Positions 21,860 through 33,189 of a DNA stretch of 64,000 bases are shown piece after piece. The translations under genes and the position numbers were made by a program. Source of the DNA: an uncultured delta proteobacterium (lineage in GTDB: Bacteria > Desulfobacterota > Binatia > UBA9968); the NCBI GenBank assembly GCA_963745035.1, contig CAVUVW010000010.1, forward strand, positions 1 through 64,000, read 5' to 3'. Below the pieces are notes generated by a model. It saw nothing but the letters and a program-made list of their open reading frames with translations. It was not told the DNA's origin and ran no database searches. Numbering within the stretch: position 1 is the stretch's first letter; each line of letters begins with the position of its first letter.

Positions 21860-22215
21860 TGCGCAACACAGGATTGCGTAATTGTCTCGACACTCGCTAC
21901 GAAGAGAGTCTTCGAGCGGGCGGACCCTGGTGATTCCTTTGGCTCGCAGCAGCAGCGCCACACGGGCGCTGGTCGCTTCGTTGGGTCACGAACAGTAGAG
22001 AACGAGTCGCGATCCCGGGGAATCTCTCCGTGGCGCTCTTCGATCTCTTCCATCGACGCAGCGGTTGCCTGATGGCAACCCTACATCTTGGCGAGCAAGC
22101 CACTCCCGTGGCTGGCGATCACGGCGTCGAAGTTGTCGACCGCCGTGTTCACGTCCATGGTCCGCACGCGATAGACGTCACCATGGGATGCGAGTGAGAC
22201 CCTTGTTCCCAAGTC

Positions 22216-24369
22216 TCAACTACTTTGCAGCTCTTCAGCGCGAATCGGCAGTTTTCGTATGCGCTTGCCGGTGCCGGCAAAGATGGCGTTGCATACCGCC
22301 GGCGCGAGCGGCGGCACCCCCGGTTCTCCCACGCCGCCGGCCGCTGCGGTACTTGGGACGATGTGCACTTCGACCACCGGCATCTCGTTTATTCGCAGCA
22401 TCTGATAGTCATGAAAGTTGCTTTGCTGCACTCGTCCCTTGTCGAGCGTAATGGCGCCGTAGAGGGCGGCAGTCAGGCCCCAGACAATGCTCCCTTCCAC
22501 CTGAGCTTTGACCGTGTCGGGATTGACGACCGTGCCGCAGTCGAGGGCGCAGACCACGCGATGAACCCGCACCTTACCGTCTTTTCCGATTGAGACTTCC
22601 GCGACCTCGGAGGCATAGCTGCCGTAAGAAAACGCGACCGCAATCCCGCGGAAGCGGCCCTGCGGAAGCGGCTTTCCCCAATCGCCTTTCTCCGCAGCCA
22701 GCTCCAACACACCTTTGTGGCGCGCGGCCTTGGTAAGCAAGTCGCGCCGGAACTCGAAAGAGTCCTTTCCCGCGGCGGCAGCCAACTCGTCGATAAAAGA
22801 CTCCGTGATGAAAGCGTTTTGGGACGCGCCGACGGAGCGCCAGAATCCCACAGGAATGCCAAGGTCTTTGTAAATGTATTCCACTTGCAGATCGGGAATC
22901 GCGTAGGGAAGATTGGCCGCGCCTTCGGTCATTAAGGAGTCGATCCCGTCCTTCAAGGGGCGGCCGTGCTGGGCGCCGATCGAAGGAGCTACGATGCGGT
23001 GTAGCCAGGCTGCCGGCGCGCCGCGTTCATCGAGGGCCGCGCGAAAAACGTTGTACGTTGCCGGCCGATAGTGATCGTGTTGCGTATCGTCCTCTCTCGA
23101 CCAGATGACTTTGACCGGAGCATTGACCGCCTTCGACGTCTCCACCGCGTCGGCGACAAAATCCTGTCCGCCGCGCCGTCCGAAGCCTCCTCCCAAGAGC
23201 AGGGTATTGACCTTGACCGCCTCGCGCGGAAAGCCGGTGATGCGCATGGCGGTTCGCTGCGTCCCGGTCTGGTTTTGTGTTCCCACCCAGACTTCACAGT
23301 TGTCTTTCCTCACGTGGGCGGTGCAGTTCATTGGCTCCATGGTAGCGTGGGCGAGAAAAGGCACCTCGTAAACCGCATCCATGGTCTTGGCAGCGGCTCC
23401 AAGCGTTTTGACGACATCACCTTCCTTGCGCGCGACCGGCCCTGGTTCTTTGGCGGCCTCGGCGTAAATTCGGCTGATCTCGGCGCTGCTCAATTGCGCA
23501 TTCGCCCCCTCATCCCAGTTGATCTTGAGCGTCTCGCGGCCCTTTTTGGCCGTCCAATAGCTATCCGCCACCACGGCAACACCGGAGCTGATTTGCACGA
23601 CCTGGCGCACCCCTTTGATGGCTTTGGCTTTGGTGGCGTCGAAGCTCGCCACTTTTCCGCCGAACACGGGACAGCGTTGCACCATCGCAACCAACATCCC
23701 GGGAACTTTCACGTCCAGACCGTAGGTGCCCCGTCCAGTTACCTTCTCCGGCGTGTCCAAGCGGGCCACAGCTTTGCCGATGAAACGGAACTGGTCGGGC
23801 GATTTGAGCTTGGGCTCTTTCGGCACTGGCAACTCAGCCGCCTTGGCCGCAAGATCACCGTAGGTCAATTTCCTGCCGGAAGGACGATGGATGACCACGT
23901 TTTGCTCGGCAAAGCATTCGTCCGGAGACACACCCCACTGTTGTGCCGCTGCGCCAACCAGCATCTCTCTGGCTGCGGCGCCCGACTTGCGCCAAATCGG
24001 CATCAGGTTGCGGATGCTGCGGCTCCCATTGGTCGACTGCTCGCCACCCCGCATCGGATCGCCGTAGGCCGGATCTGCCGGCGCCTGCTCAATGCGGACT
24101 TTCGACCACTCGGCTTCCAATTCATCGGCGACGATCATGGGAATCGCGGTCATGACGCCTTGCCCCATCTCCGACTGGCCGACAATGATGGTCACGGTGC
24201 CGTCTTTGGCAATGCGGATCCAGGAATTGAGTTGGGCTTGCGCCGGCGTTGCGCTTGCGGCTGCGGCGGGCCGCCTAGCGGCCGGAACATGAAACCCGAG
24301 TAACAATCCCCCACCCGCGATGCCTACTTTGAGAAAGCCGCGCCGGCTCAGATTGACAATCGTATTCAT
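22216..24369 (-). CDS. Isoquinoline 1-oxidoreductase beta-like molybdopterin subunit (Tat)
   Basis: [38 protein letters not shown]. Confidence 0.93.
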   Translation of the reverse strand: MNTIVNLSRRGFLKVGIAGGGLLLGFHVPAARRPAAAASATPAQAQLNSWIRIAKDGTVTIIVGQSEMGQGVMTAIPMIVADELEAEWSKVRIEQAPADPAYGDPMRGGEQSTNGSRSIRNLMPIWRKSGAAAREMLVGAAAQQWGVSPDECFAEQNVVIHRPSGRKLTYGDLAAKAAELPVPKEPKLKSPDQFRFIGKAVARLDTPEKVTGRGTYGLDVKVPGMLVAMVQRCPVFGGKVASFDATKAKAIKGVRQVVQISSGVAVVADSYWTAKKGRETLKINWDEGANAQLSSAEISRIYAEAAKEPGPVARKEGDVVKTLGAAAKTMDAVYEVPFLAHATMEPMNCTAHVRKDNCEVWVGTQNQTGTQRTAMRITGFPREAVKVNTLLLGGGFGRRGGQDFVADAVETSKAVNAPVKVIWSREDDTQHDHYRPATYNVFRAALDERGAPAAWLHRIVAPSIGAQHGRPLKDGIDSLMTEGAANLPYAIPDLQVEYIYKDLGIPVGFWRSVGASQNAFITESFIDELAAAAGKDSFEFRRDLLTKAARHKGVLELAAEKGDWGKPLPQGRFRGIAVAFSYGSYASEVAEVSIGKDGKVRVHRVVCALDCGTVVNPDTVKAQVEGSIVWGLTAALYGAITLDKGRVQQSNFHDYQMLRINEMPVVEVHIVPSTAAAGGVGEPGVPPLAPAVCNAIFAGTGKRIRKLPIRAEELQSS

Positions 24370-24836
24370 TACGCACCTCCCCGATCCAGCGTGCCCGCAG
24401 CACGGTGAATCGCGCGGCGGATGCGCTGATAGGTTCCGCAGCGGCAGATGTTACCAGACATCGCCGTGTCGATATCCGCGTCGTTGGGCTTCGGCTTTGC
24501 CGCCAGCAGCGCCGCGGCGGACATGATCTGCCCCGATTGACAGTAGCCGCACTGGGGAACATCCTCGGCGATCCAGGCCTGCTGGAGAGGATGGCTGCCA
24601 TCGGCCGAAAGCCCCTCGATGGTGGTGATTTTCTTTCCCTGGACGGCGGCGATCGGTGTGATGCAGGAACGAGTCGGTTGACCATCGAGATGGACGGTGC
24701 AGGCGCCGCACTGCGCGATACCGCAGCCGAACTTGGTGCCGGTCATGCCGAGGTTTTCACGGAGCACCCAGAGCAGGGGAGTGTCGGAACCGACGTCTAC
24801 CTGGTGCGCTTTGCCGTTCACGATGATGGGGATCAT
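24369..24836 (-). CDS. 2Fe-2S subunit (IorA/CoxS-like)
   Basis: [28 protein letters not shown]. Confidence 0.95.
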   Translation of the reverse strand: MIPIIVNGKAHQVDVGSDTPLLWVLRENLGMTGTKFGCGIAQCGACTVHLDGQPTRSCITPIAAVQGKKITTIEGLSADGSHPLQQAWIAEDVPQCGYCQSGQIMSAAALLAAKPKPNDADIDTAMSGNICRCGTYQRIRRAIHRAAGTLDRGGA

Positions 24837-25098
24837 GGGTCCCTCCTCATTCTTTTTGAGTGAACGCACAGCGGAGTGGGTTGATTTTTTTTTATCACGA
24901 GTTTGACCCCAGGTCGATATGGGTCCGCATTTTTGCGAAATCGGTATTCGCGCAGTGCTGTCGAGAGCCTGGAGTTGAGATCCGTTTGTCGTTGATCAAC
25001 CTTTAAGATTTAAGATAAGAGACGGCGAAGAAGTTAGGACGGGTATCTCTACCTCATCCATGTCGAGCGGCGGGCCGCGACCGCGTTGACTTCGCGAA

Positions 25099-26355
25099 AT
25101 GCCCCAAGACTCCAACCACGCCTATCGCTTTCCGCTTCGCTATCGGGACTTCTGTGTGTTTTGGACCGGGTCGCTCCTGTCCGGAATCGGCAGCCAATTC
25201 ACCACCGTCGCAATGGCGTGGCAGCTTTACGAACTGACGGACTCGGCCTTCCAGGTCGGCCTCCTTGGGCTGGCCCGCGCGGTTCCACAGATGGGGTTGT
25301 TGCTGGTCGCCGGGCTCTTGGCGGACGCTATGGATCGCCGCAAGCTCATGATGTGTACTGACATCGGTCTGTTCGGAGTCTCAATGACGCTAGCCCTGTT
25401 GACGCTCGCCGGTAAAGCGTCGCCCGGGTTGCTTTATACCGCGACGGCGCTGTTAGCTATTTTTAACTCTCTGGAAACTCCCGCGCGGCAATCAATCATC
25501 CCGAACCTGGTACCCCGAGAAGAGTTGGCGCAAACCTTGGCTCTTCAGGGAACCCAACGCTACGTTCCGATCATCGCAGGGCCGTCTCTGGCCGGAGTGG
25601 TGTTAGCGCTCTTCGGCCCGGCTGCATGTTATATGATCGATGCATTCTCCTGGCTGGCCATGTCGTTGTCGCTAACGCTCCTGCGAACGAAGCTACCATC
25701 GGGAAAGGGTTGGGAAGCTGTCTCGTTTAGGTCGCTCCATGAAGGGCTCCAATTTGTCTGGAGGCATGGCGTGATTTTCCCGTTGATGGTCCTGGATTTT
25801 GGCGCCACTTTCTTCGGCAACGCGCGCGCTCTGTATCCTATTTACGCACGGGACATTTTGTTCGTCGGCCCGACAGGGCTCGGAGTGCTCTACGCGGCGC
25901 GGGCCGTCGGCTCTCTTTTTTCGGCCACCGCGATCACTTTCTTCGGCCCCGTACGCCGGGGCGGCCGCTGGATTTTCGTGGGCGTCATGGTTTATGGCAT
26001 CTCCACGGTTTTGTTCTCCGGCTCGCAGGTGTTCTGGTTTTCCGTCTTGATGCTCGCGCTTTCGGGTGCGGGAGACACGATCAGCGCGATTCTTCGCACT
26101 ACCATTAATCAGTTAAGTACGCCTGACGAGCTGCGCGGCCGGATGTCTTCCATCAACAGCATTTTCACAACTAGCGGCCCGCAACTCGGTCAGTTTGAGT
26201 CCGGCGTGGTTGCTGCCTGGCTCGGCGCGGAGCTATCAGCCATGACCGGTGGTCTGGCAACTTTGATCATACTTGCAGGCGTGTTGGCGGCTTTTCCTCA
26301 GATCCGCCAATTCCAGATCGGCGACGACGCTCCGCGGAGTAACATCTCGTCATGA
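25099..26355 (+). CDS. MFS transporter (EntS-like)
   Basis: About 12 hydrophobic segments, ADAMDRRKL, PDELRGR. Confidence 0.9.
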   Translation: MPQDSNHAYRFPLRYRDFCVFWTGSLLSGIGSQFTTVAMAWQLYELTDSAFQVGLLGLARAVPQMGLLLVAGLLADAMDRRKLMMCTDIGLFGVSMTLALLTLAGKASPGLLYTATALLAIFNSLETPARQSIIPNLVPREELAQTLALQGTQRYVPIIAGPSLAGVVLALFGPAACYMIDAFSWLAMSLSLTLLRTKLPSGKGWEAVSFRSLHEGLQFVWRHGVIFPLMVLDFGATFFGNARALYPIYARDILFVGPTGLGVLYAARAVGSLFSATAITFFGPVRRGGRWIFVGVMVYGISTVLFSGSQVFWFSVLMLALSGAGDTISAILRTTINQLSTPDELRGRMSSINSIFTTSGPQLGQFESGVVAAWLGAELSAMTGGLATLIILAGVLAAFPQIRQFQIGDDAPRSNISS

Positions 26356-26412
26356 AAGTCGCGCGGCTCTCTATGTGGCGGAGCTCGATCTTGGCAATTC
26401 GACCCTATTCGG

Positions 26413-26801
26413 GGAAGGAGAAAGAAGGGTCAAATCTTGACTTCAGTACTTGGTGAGATTAGCGTAGAGATATTTTATGGCGCGACCGCTGCGAATATCC
26501 TATCCCAACGCTTTTTATCATGTGACCTGCCGCGGCAACGACCGGCGGGTAATCTTCCGCGACGATCATGACCGCACTCGCTTTCTAGCCCAACTCGAAA
26601 GCGCGCTCGAGATCTTCAGTGTGCGCCTGCATGCCTTTGTGCTGATGAGTAACCATTTCCACCTCATTGTCGAGACGCCCAAAGCCAATCTGTCGGAGTT
26701 CATGAGGCAATTCAATATTTCGTATACCGGCTACTATAACCGACGGCACGGCCGCATCGGACATTTATACCAGGGACGATTCAAAGCATCGTGGTGGACA
26801 A
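26413..26801 (+). pseudogene. Tandem partial duplicate of the RAYT left end and 5' gene
   Basis: Nearly identical to about 26802-27190; junction at AAGGA microhomology. Confidence 0.88.
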
Positions 26802-26815
26802 GGAAGGAGAAGGAA

Positions 26816-27857
26816 GGGGTCAAATCTTGACTTCAGTACTTGGTGAGATTAGCGTAGAGGTATTTTATGGCGCGACCGCTGCGAATATCCTATCCCAACG
26901 CTTTTTATCATGTGACCTGCCGCGGCAACGACCGGCGGGTAATCTTCCGCGACGATCATGACCGCACTCGCTTTCTAGCCCAACTCGAAAGCGCGCTCGA
27001 GATCTTCAGCGTGCGCCTGCATGCCTTTGTGCTGATGAGTAACCATTTCCACCTCATTGTCGAGACGCCCAAAGCCAATCTGTCGGAGTTCATGAGGCAA
27101 TTCAATATTTCGTATACCGGCTACTATAACCGACGGCACGGCCGCATCGGACATTTATACCAGGGACGATTCAAAGCCATCGTGGTGGACAAGGACAGTT
27201 ACCTATTGGAGTTGAGCCGCTATGTGCATTTGAATCCGATCCGCATCAAAGCGAAAAGACAGCGGTCGGAGGCCGAACGCATCGGAGAAGTCAGCCGATA
27301 CCGCTGGAGCAGCCTTTCTGGATACCTCGACGGAAAAAAGAAGGCTTTGTGGATGACCTACGACGCAGTGCTCGGTTACGTGGGCGGATCGCGCCAGAAA
27401 TATGCGGCATTTGTGCAGGAGGGGATACGCGAAGGTTTCGCCACTCCATGGGAAGGTCTCCTGGCGCAGATGGTCTTAGGAAACCCGGATTTTGTGGAAA
27501 AGCTGAAAAAAATGAAGATCAAGGGCAGCCCTAAAGATCAGCCGCCGTATCGAATGATTCGAAGCATCAAGGCTGAAGCGCTCATCAAACAAGCGGCACG
27601 TTATTTCGGACTTGCCGAGGCGGACCTGACGAGGAAACGGGGCCGGCATCGGCTGGAACGAGCGCTGGTGATGGAGCTACTGCATCGATACAGCGGGCTT
27701 AAGCAGCGGATGATCGGTGAACGGTTAGGAAATCTGGATGAGGGCCTGGTGAGCCGGGACTGCAGAGCAATCCGGGCAAAGATCAAGAACGATCCGAAGA
27801 TCCGAAAGTGGTTCGAGGAGATCGTAGCAGTAAGTACCTAAGTCAAGATTTGACCCC
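26816..27857 (+). mobile_element. RAYT-type element with 26-bp terminal inverted repeats
   Basis: ggggtcaaatcttgacttcagtactt / aagtacctaagtcaagatttgacccc (24/26). Confidence 0.85.
26867..27841 (+). CDS. REP-associated tyrosine (Y1 HUH) transposase with C-terminal HTH
   Basis: YHVTCRGN, MSNHFHL (HUH), QGRFK, RYVHLNP. Confidence 0.92.
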   Translation: MARPLRISYPNAFYHVTCRGNDRRVIFRDDHDRTRFLAQLESALEIFSVRLHAFVLMSNHFHLIVETPKANLSEFMRQFNISYTGYYNRRHGRIGHLYQGRFKAIVVDKDSYLLELSRYVHLNPIRIKAKRQRSEAERIGEVSRYRWSSLSGYLDGKKKALWMTYDAVLGYVGGSRQKYAAFVQEGIREGFATPWEGLLAQMVLGNPDFVEKLKKMKIKGSPKDQPPYRMIRSIKAEALIKQAARYFGLAEADLTRKRGRHRLERALVMELLHRYSGLKQRMIGERLGNLDEGLVSRDCRAIRAKIKNDPKIRKWFEEIVAVST

Positions 27858-28021
27858 CGCTTTGTTGCTTCGCCACTCCATGGGAAGGTCTCCTGGCGCA
27901 GGTGGGTTGACGTGCATTTGACAACTCTGCCGGGACCGCATATAGCTACGCCTCCCATCGAAACGGTCATTTAAAATTCCTATCCATATCTGACCATTGG
28001 GAGACATCAGGAGGCACAGTA

Positions 28022-29780
28022 ATGCAACGACTCATATCGGCGTCGGCGGGCTTTGTCTGCGCGGTCACGCTGCTCTTCGGACCATCCATCGCGTCGGCCG
28101 CACAGGCATCACCGCAAAGGCGTCGGCCGCCAAGCGGCAGTGCAACGGCACACTGGTCGGCAAGGTGGTCGGTGACGTGGTGGTGCCGCCGGGAGGGGCG
28201 TGTGTCCTCGATGGCGCGACAGTCACCGGCGATGTCACCGTGGGCGCCGATGCCTGGGCACACGCTCAGTCGGCGACGATCAACGGCGACTATACGTGCG
28301 ACCGTTGCCGCTTTGCGCACCTTTACGACTCGACGGTCGGCGGAAACTACCGGATCAGCGAGGCGACGCAAGAAAACCAGATCATCGGCAGCGTCATCAG
28401 CGGAACCCTCATGCTCAAGGCCAGCGACGCGTTCATTCATCGATGGCAACCTCGTGGGAAAAGACCTCAGGTTTGACGGCAACACCGGTGATTCCAGCAT
28501 TGTCGAGAACACGATCAGCGGCAACCTTCGGTGTCGCGACAACGTGCCGCCACCGGCGAGCATGGGCAACACGGCCAAGGACTTCAAGGGGCAGTGCAGT
28601 ACAGCGGGCTTTGGGGCGACGGCAAGCGCTGAGCACGACGCGCTCGGCACCACCTTCGATATCGCGACATTTCTCAGCGAGAAGCTGAAAGAGCTGAGGA
28701 AAGAAGTAGGTGGCCAGCTCCTCGACTGGGCCTCGACCGAGCTGCTGAATGCCATTTTCCGAGGCGGCAGCATCGATGAACTCGAAGAGATCAAGGGATC
28801 TCCTGATCAATATCCAGCAGACGCAGCAGGAAATCTTGCAGGACCTCAGGGACCTGCTTCAAGAGGTGCAATTCCAGAACCTCGTCAACGAGGCACACGG
28901 GTCGGTCGAGGAGATCACGAGCCTTTACGGCCAGCTGGTGAACCTAGCCAAGCTCACTGACGAGCGCGACCGGGACGAGCGCGACCGGGAGGCGAAACGC
29001 ATCCAAGGACTGCTGCTCCCGGCCTCGGGCTCGGATCATCTCTTCACGGCCATGAAAACGATCAGCAACGTGCTGCTCGGTATAGATCATGCTCGGCAAC
29101 AACGAACCCCTCATCAAGCTATTCGCCGATCGCTGGTTTGCCAAGTACACCGCAAAGCAGTTCGACGTGGACGTCCCACTGCGCACGTATCCCGACCAAC
29201 TCGACGCAATGGCTGCGGGGCCTGTTCTATGGTCCAGTACATGGGGATGGTCGAGCGCGCGACCGGCCGCATCGCGAACGGTGATTTCGGCGAGGTCCTC
29301 GCGATAGAACTCGAGACCATGATCGATCGAATGGACAAGCAGAGCAAGCTAATGGCCGAGCACATCCCCAGCTGGACTCGCACGCTCCCCGACGCCTTGT
29401 GACGGAGGCTGGCACGTCGTCTGGGCGCACGAGCTGATAAACGGCAAGATCGAGAACGACGCGTAATGTACGGGAGCCCGGCGGCGGGCAGTTATACCAC
29501 TCGACTGGACCGTCCAGTTCCGCAGCCGCCACGCCCTCAACGGTGATGAAGAGTGGGCCTTGGAGAAGCGGCCCGTCCCGGCGGACAAGCCGGATGACGT
29601 CTTCTTCATGCGCGAGCGGTCACGAGCAAACTACGTTTCGCTCTCGAGCATCAGGGTGGTGATGGTTGCAATTTGCGAAGGCAGGGCTGCGAATCCTGAT
29701 GGGCCGCACGAACGATCCCGCCGTCCCGGCCACCGCCCCGCGGCGCGATCTCTACGTGCCCGTGATCGGCTTCGTTGACA
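28022..29780 (+). pseudogene. Secreted protein with beta-helix-like N-terminus and coiled-coil region; multiple frameshifts
   Basis: GGAGG RBS and signal peptide; coding-like segments switch frames at least four times; end uncertain. Confidence 0.45.
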
Positions 29781-29928
29781 ACAACACATACATGACGTGG
29801 ACAAGGCGGCAGCAACTTGGTCCAGGCCGGTCCGCTCGAGAAAGCGGTGCGGGTAGAGATCGTGCCCGCAGGCCACTGACTGATCGGATAATATAGGTTC
29901 CGTCACCACGTACCTGGAGGATACAACA

Positions 29929-30816
29929 ATGAAAACGCATCTTTTAAACTTTGCGCGTGCTTTCATCGCGGTCAGCATTGGTCTGGTTGTTTTGCTCGCC
30001 GCTTCTCCCGCGTTCGCCGGGTTAAAAATTCGACCGCTGTTCCGGGTGGGCAACAGCCCGCTGGGATAGTCGGTGGTGGAAACCTCCAGGAGATTTTCAA
30101 GGTTGCGGCGGAGAAGTGGGAAGAGGTCTTCAAGAACTGTCAACGGGAACTGGGATGTCACGATCGAATTTGGCTGGGGCGATTTGGGCACCGCGTTCTT
30201 TGCCAAGGTTGAGGATGAGATATCCGTAGGCGGAAATCCGGCACGCATCAAACGAGGTCGAGTCGTTTTTAACAACAACCAGTTCGTCGAACCGGCGTTT
30301 TTCGCCGATCCGACCCCGCGCGATAACGAGGAGTATCGAGAGTTCTCGTCGCTGCTCCACGACGAAGCCCAGCTGAATGTCGGTCGCGTCTTCACCGGGG
30401 GGACTGGCGCCGCCGAAGAATCGATCGACTTACTGACGATCGCCGTGCATGAGATCGGCCACGTGCTGGCACTTCATGAATTGTTTCCTGCCTTCCAGCA
30501 GAAGTGCGAGCAACCGCCAGACCCACCCCCAGCACCAGTTCTGCCGCCGCCATCCGCCTTTATTATCGACGAAGGCAGCACGGCTTCTACTTGCATCGTT
30601 ACCTTCACGGCTCCGAGACCCCACGAAGGCCTGGAGATTTTCGTGGATTTCGGGCCCCACCTCGGAATATTTTCCACTGCGGTCAACCCAGTAATGTCTT
30701 CGCACGTTCACCCAGGAACCCGAAAGCTCATCAGCGCTCTCGACGCGCTCGCGATCGCCGAGATCGTGTCGGCCAATAAGCCAATCCTCAACGGGACGTT
30801 GCCGCCTCCGTTCTGA
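29929..30816 (+). CDS. Secreted matrixin-like metalloprotease (frameshifted near 30050-30140)
   Basis: GGAGG RBS, signal peptide ASPAFA, HEIGHVLALH. Confidence 0.7.
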
Positions 30817-31215
30817 TCTCAGCGGTTCAGCGCGCCCAGACCCAGTGGTGTCAGACTTCCTGGTTTTCCGCGATCAACATCTCGGGTCAGATTGTGCGGT
30901 CAGGTCTTGTATTTTGACATTGCGGATTTTTTGCGGCACCGGCGGCTGCGAAAAATACTTCTCTCAAAGGACAATGGGTTTCTTGACGAGGCTTTCGGTA
31001 ACGAAAGGGAAATTGTCCGCGAGCCAAGCGTCGGGAATAATGATAAGGATAATTGATAATGGATAATTCGATCGTCGGATACAAATAATGGAAAATGGAT
31101 TCGTATTAGGGTGGTTACCTGACGGCAACCTTACATCTTGGCGAGCCAGCCACTCCCGTGGCTGGCGATCACCGGCGTCGAAGTTGTCGACCGCCGTGTT
31201 CCACTAACCGTCTCA

Positions 31216-31653
31216 TCACTGTTCTGACACAGTTACGGCCTGTCCAACGATACCGGCGTAAAACACGACAATTTCCGCGGGAACCGTTCCTTCATTCATT
31301 CCATAGTGGAGTGTGTTCACCACCTCGACTATGGGATCTCCCGCGTTCAAACGCAGCACTTTCCCGTCCGTGGTCTTGACCGTGAGTTGCCCGCTCATCA
31401 GCACGCCGGCATTGATCACCGGATGACTGTGAGTCTCGAGCCGCGCGCCCGCAGGTATAGTGATTTTCAGAATCGTGATCTCGGGCTGACCTTGCGGATA
31501 CGGAACCAATAACTTCCCATCCCAGCTCTTGCTACTCCTGACGAGTTCCTTGACGGAGACAGAAGCGTGGTTAGCCTCCTCGGTCGCACAGCTAAACTGA
31601 ATGAGAACAAGGACGGAAAGGATTGCGAAATTTCGAACGGTTTCTCTTCTCAT
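31216..31653 (-). CDS. Cupin-domain lipoprotein
   Basis: HSHPVINAG...EVVNTLHYG. Confidence 0.88.
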   Translation of the reverse strand: MRRETVRNFAILSVLVLIQFSCATEEANHASVSVKELVRSSKSWDGKLLVPYPQGQPEITILKITIPAGARLETHSHPVINAGVLMSGQLTVKTTDGKVLRLNAGDPIVEVVNTLHYGMNEGTVPAEIVVFYAGIVGQAVTVSEQ

Positions 31654-31790
31654 CGAGGTGCCTCTGAATGGTGTGTAGATGGCTCATCTTTGATTAGCCA
31701 CCCGGCCGAGAAACGGTGCCGACAACATGAACTGAACAATCGCGAGCGACACCTTAATGATCGTGATTTTCAAAACCACATTTGCCATGG

Positions 31791-32246
31791 TTAATCTCCG
31801 TGCCCGCGATGATAGACGAGAGCAACATCCCCCGTTTCAAGCAGCGACTTGAGATTCGATATGACCATCGGCCAGCCCTCCGAGACGGCTCCGATGAACT
31901 TGGAGTCCGGCCGTTCAATCGAATGGGTGAGTGTGAGCTTCGCGGACGCCCCCGTGGGCTCAATCTCGTAGACGCAACGGGAGTTGCCCTCTGCCTTGAA
32001 CTCGGGCTTCCATTCATTTAGCCAACTCATCACCAGCCGCTTCTGCGAAACGCTCTCGAGAATCTCGCCCGAGTCCATGAGGCTTCCGTCAGCATACATT
32101 CTCCACGTGGAGCCGACCTTCCATTCGCTTTCGACGCTCATTCCGAACCGATACTGCTTTATGATCTCGGGCGTTGTTAGTGCATGCCACAGCTTCTCGG
32201 GTGTTATGCGGATGTAGGTAACGTAAACAAATTTCGAGCCAGACAT
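31791..32246 (-). CDS. SRPBCC/AHSA1 protein (integron cassette)
   Basis: VYVTYIRITPEKLWHALT, GWPMVISNLKSLLETG. Confidence 0.92.
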   Translation of the reverse strand: MSGSKFVYVTYIRITPEKLWHALTTPEIIKQYRFGMSVESEWKVGSTWRMYADGSLMDSGEILESVSQKRLVMSWLNEWKPEFKAEGNSRCVYEIEPTGASAKLTLTHSIERPDSKFIGAVSEGWPMVISNLKSLLETGDVALVYHRGHGD

Positions 32247-32300
32247 GGGATTCTCCTAAGTTTGCGATTCGCTTCTTTGGGGATGGACGCGCCACACGAG

Positions 32301-32395
32301 ACCTAACGCCCTGCCGCTCGGTCGCGAGCGGCAGCTACGTTCACGCGAAGAAGTCTAAACCAACTGCCGCTCGTCGGCTGCAGCGCGGGTTAGGC
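32301..32395 (-). other. attC site
   Basis: Minus strand GCCTAAC...GACGAGCGGCAG...CTGCCGCTCG...GTTAGGT. Confidence 0.85.
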
Positions 32396-32496
32396 GGACT
32401 ACACGACCGATGTACACGATCGGAGACGTTCTCTGACCGCGCTCGGGCCGAAGCGCGATGACGGCGGATTGAGCGAAATCGCTGAGCGGTCGTCGA

Positions 32497-32784
32497 TCAG
32501 TCGTGCGCCTTGATCGATCCTTCGATGACTTCGGGTTTTTGTCTCAGCAGTTGCGCCATATGCGTGCGCACGAACTCGGCCGCGAGAGCCACCGATTCGT
32601 CCGCACCGTCCTTGTCCTTGAAGACGCCGAATGAGGCGCCCTCACCATTCCCGGTATCCAGCCAGTAGTAGCGGACGAAGCCCTTGGCCTTGCGCATGAT
32701 GGGCACGAACTGTTCCTGGATGAGCCGATCGATCTCGGCACTGTCCTTCTTGTCGAAGTGGTAATGGCGGATGACGGCAAACAT
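32497..32784 (-). CDS. ABM/dimeric alpha-beta barrel protein (integron cassette)
   Basis: MFAVIRHY...KGFVRYYW; GGAGG RBS. Confidence 0.8.
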   Translation of the reverse strand: MFAVIRHYHFDKKDSAEIDRLIQEQFVPIMRKAKGFVRYYWLDTGNGEGASFGVFKDKDGADESVALAAEFVRTHMAQLLRQKPEVIEGSIKAHD

Positions 32785-33189
32785 GGGACCTCCTTTTGCG
32801 AGCCGAACTTGGAGTACATGACAGCTTATCGTGCCATCAGGCGGACCGCGAGCCCGCCCCAGCAAATGAGGAGGGAACGCAAGGCCGCCTAGGCCCTGTC
32901 GTGGCGATCACGCAGTTGAGAAATGCCGCCTAACTAGTGAGTATACTGACCAGCATTTGCCGATATTAATATCGGCAAATGCCTCTGCAAGGTGAGGGCC
33001 GTTTCGGCTGTGCTAGTTTTGTGCTAGTTCAATCCGCAAACACGGACAATCATCAGCAGGAAAAAGGGAGAGAGGCGCTCACTGCTGTTGGTTTTTGCTG
33101 GTGTATGTCGGTGAGCACCGACCACTCCTAGACTCGAAATCATCAATCAGAGACAGCCGCTATAATCTGCCAACGCACGAGGATCAGAC

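Noticed and set aside
23071-24303. Long antisense ORFs (also 5494-6516, 41927-43150, 43545-44729, 57526-58869, 59146-60417)
   Set aside because: Shadow ORFs of GC-rich genes with no recognisable motifs.
29398-29405. TGA in the secreted protein as selenocysteine
   Set aside because: The region has several frameshifts, no Cys-type motif and no clear SECIS.
33120-33150. Intact tRNA-Ser
   Set aside because: Only an 11-nt anticodon-loop-like match; kept only as a possible att core.
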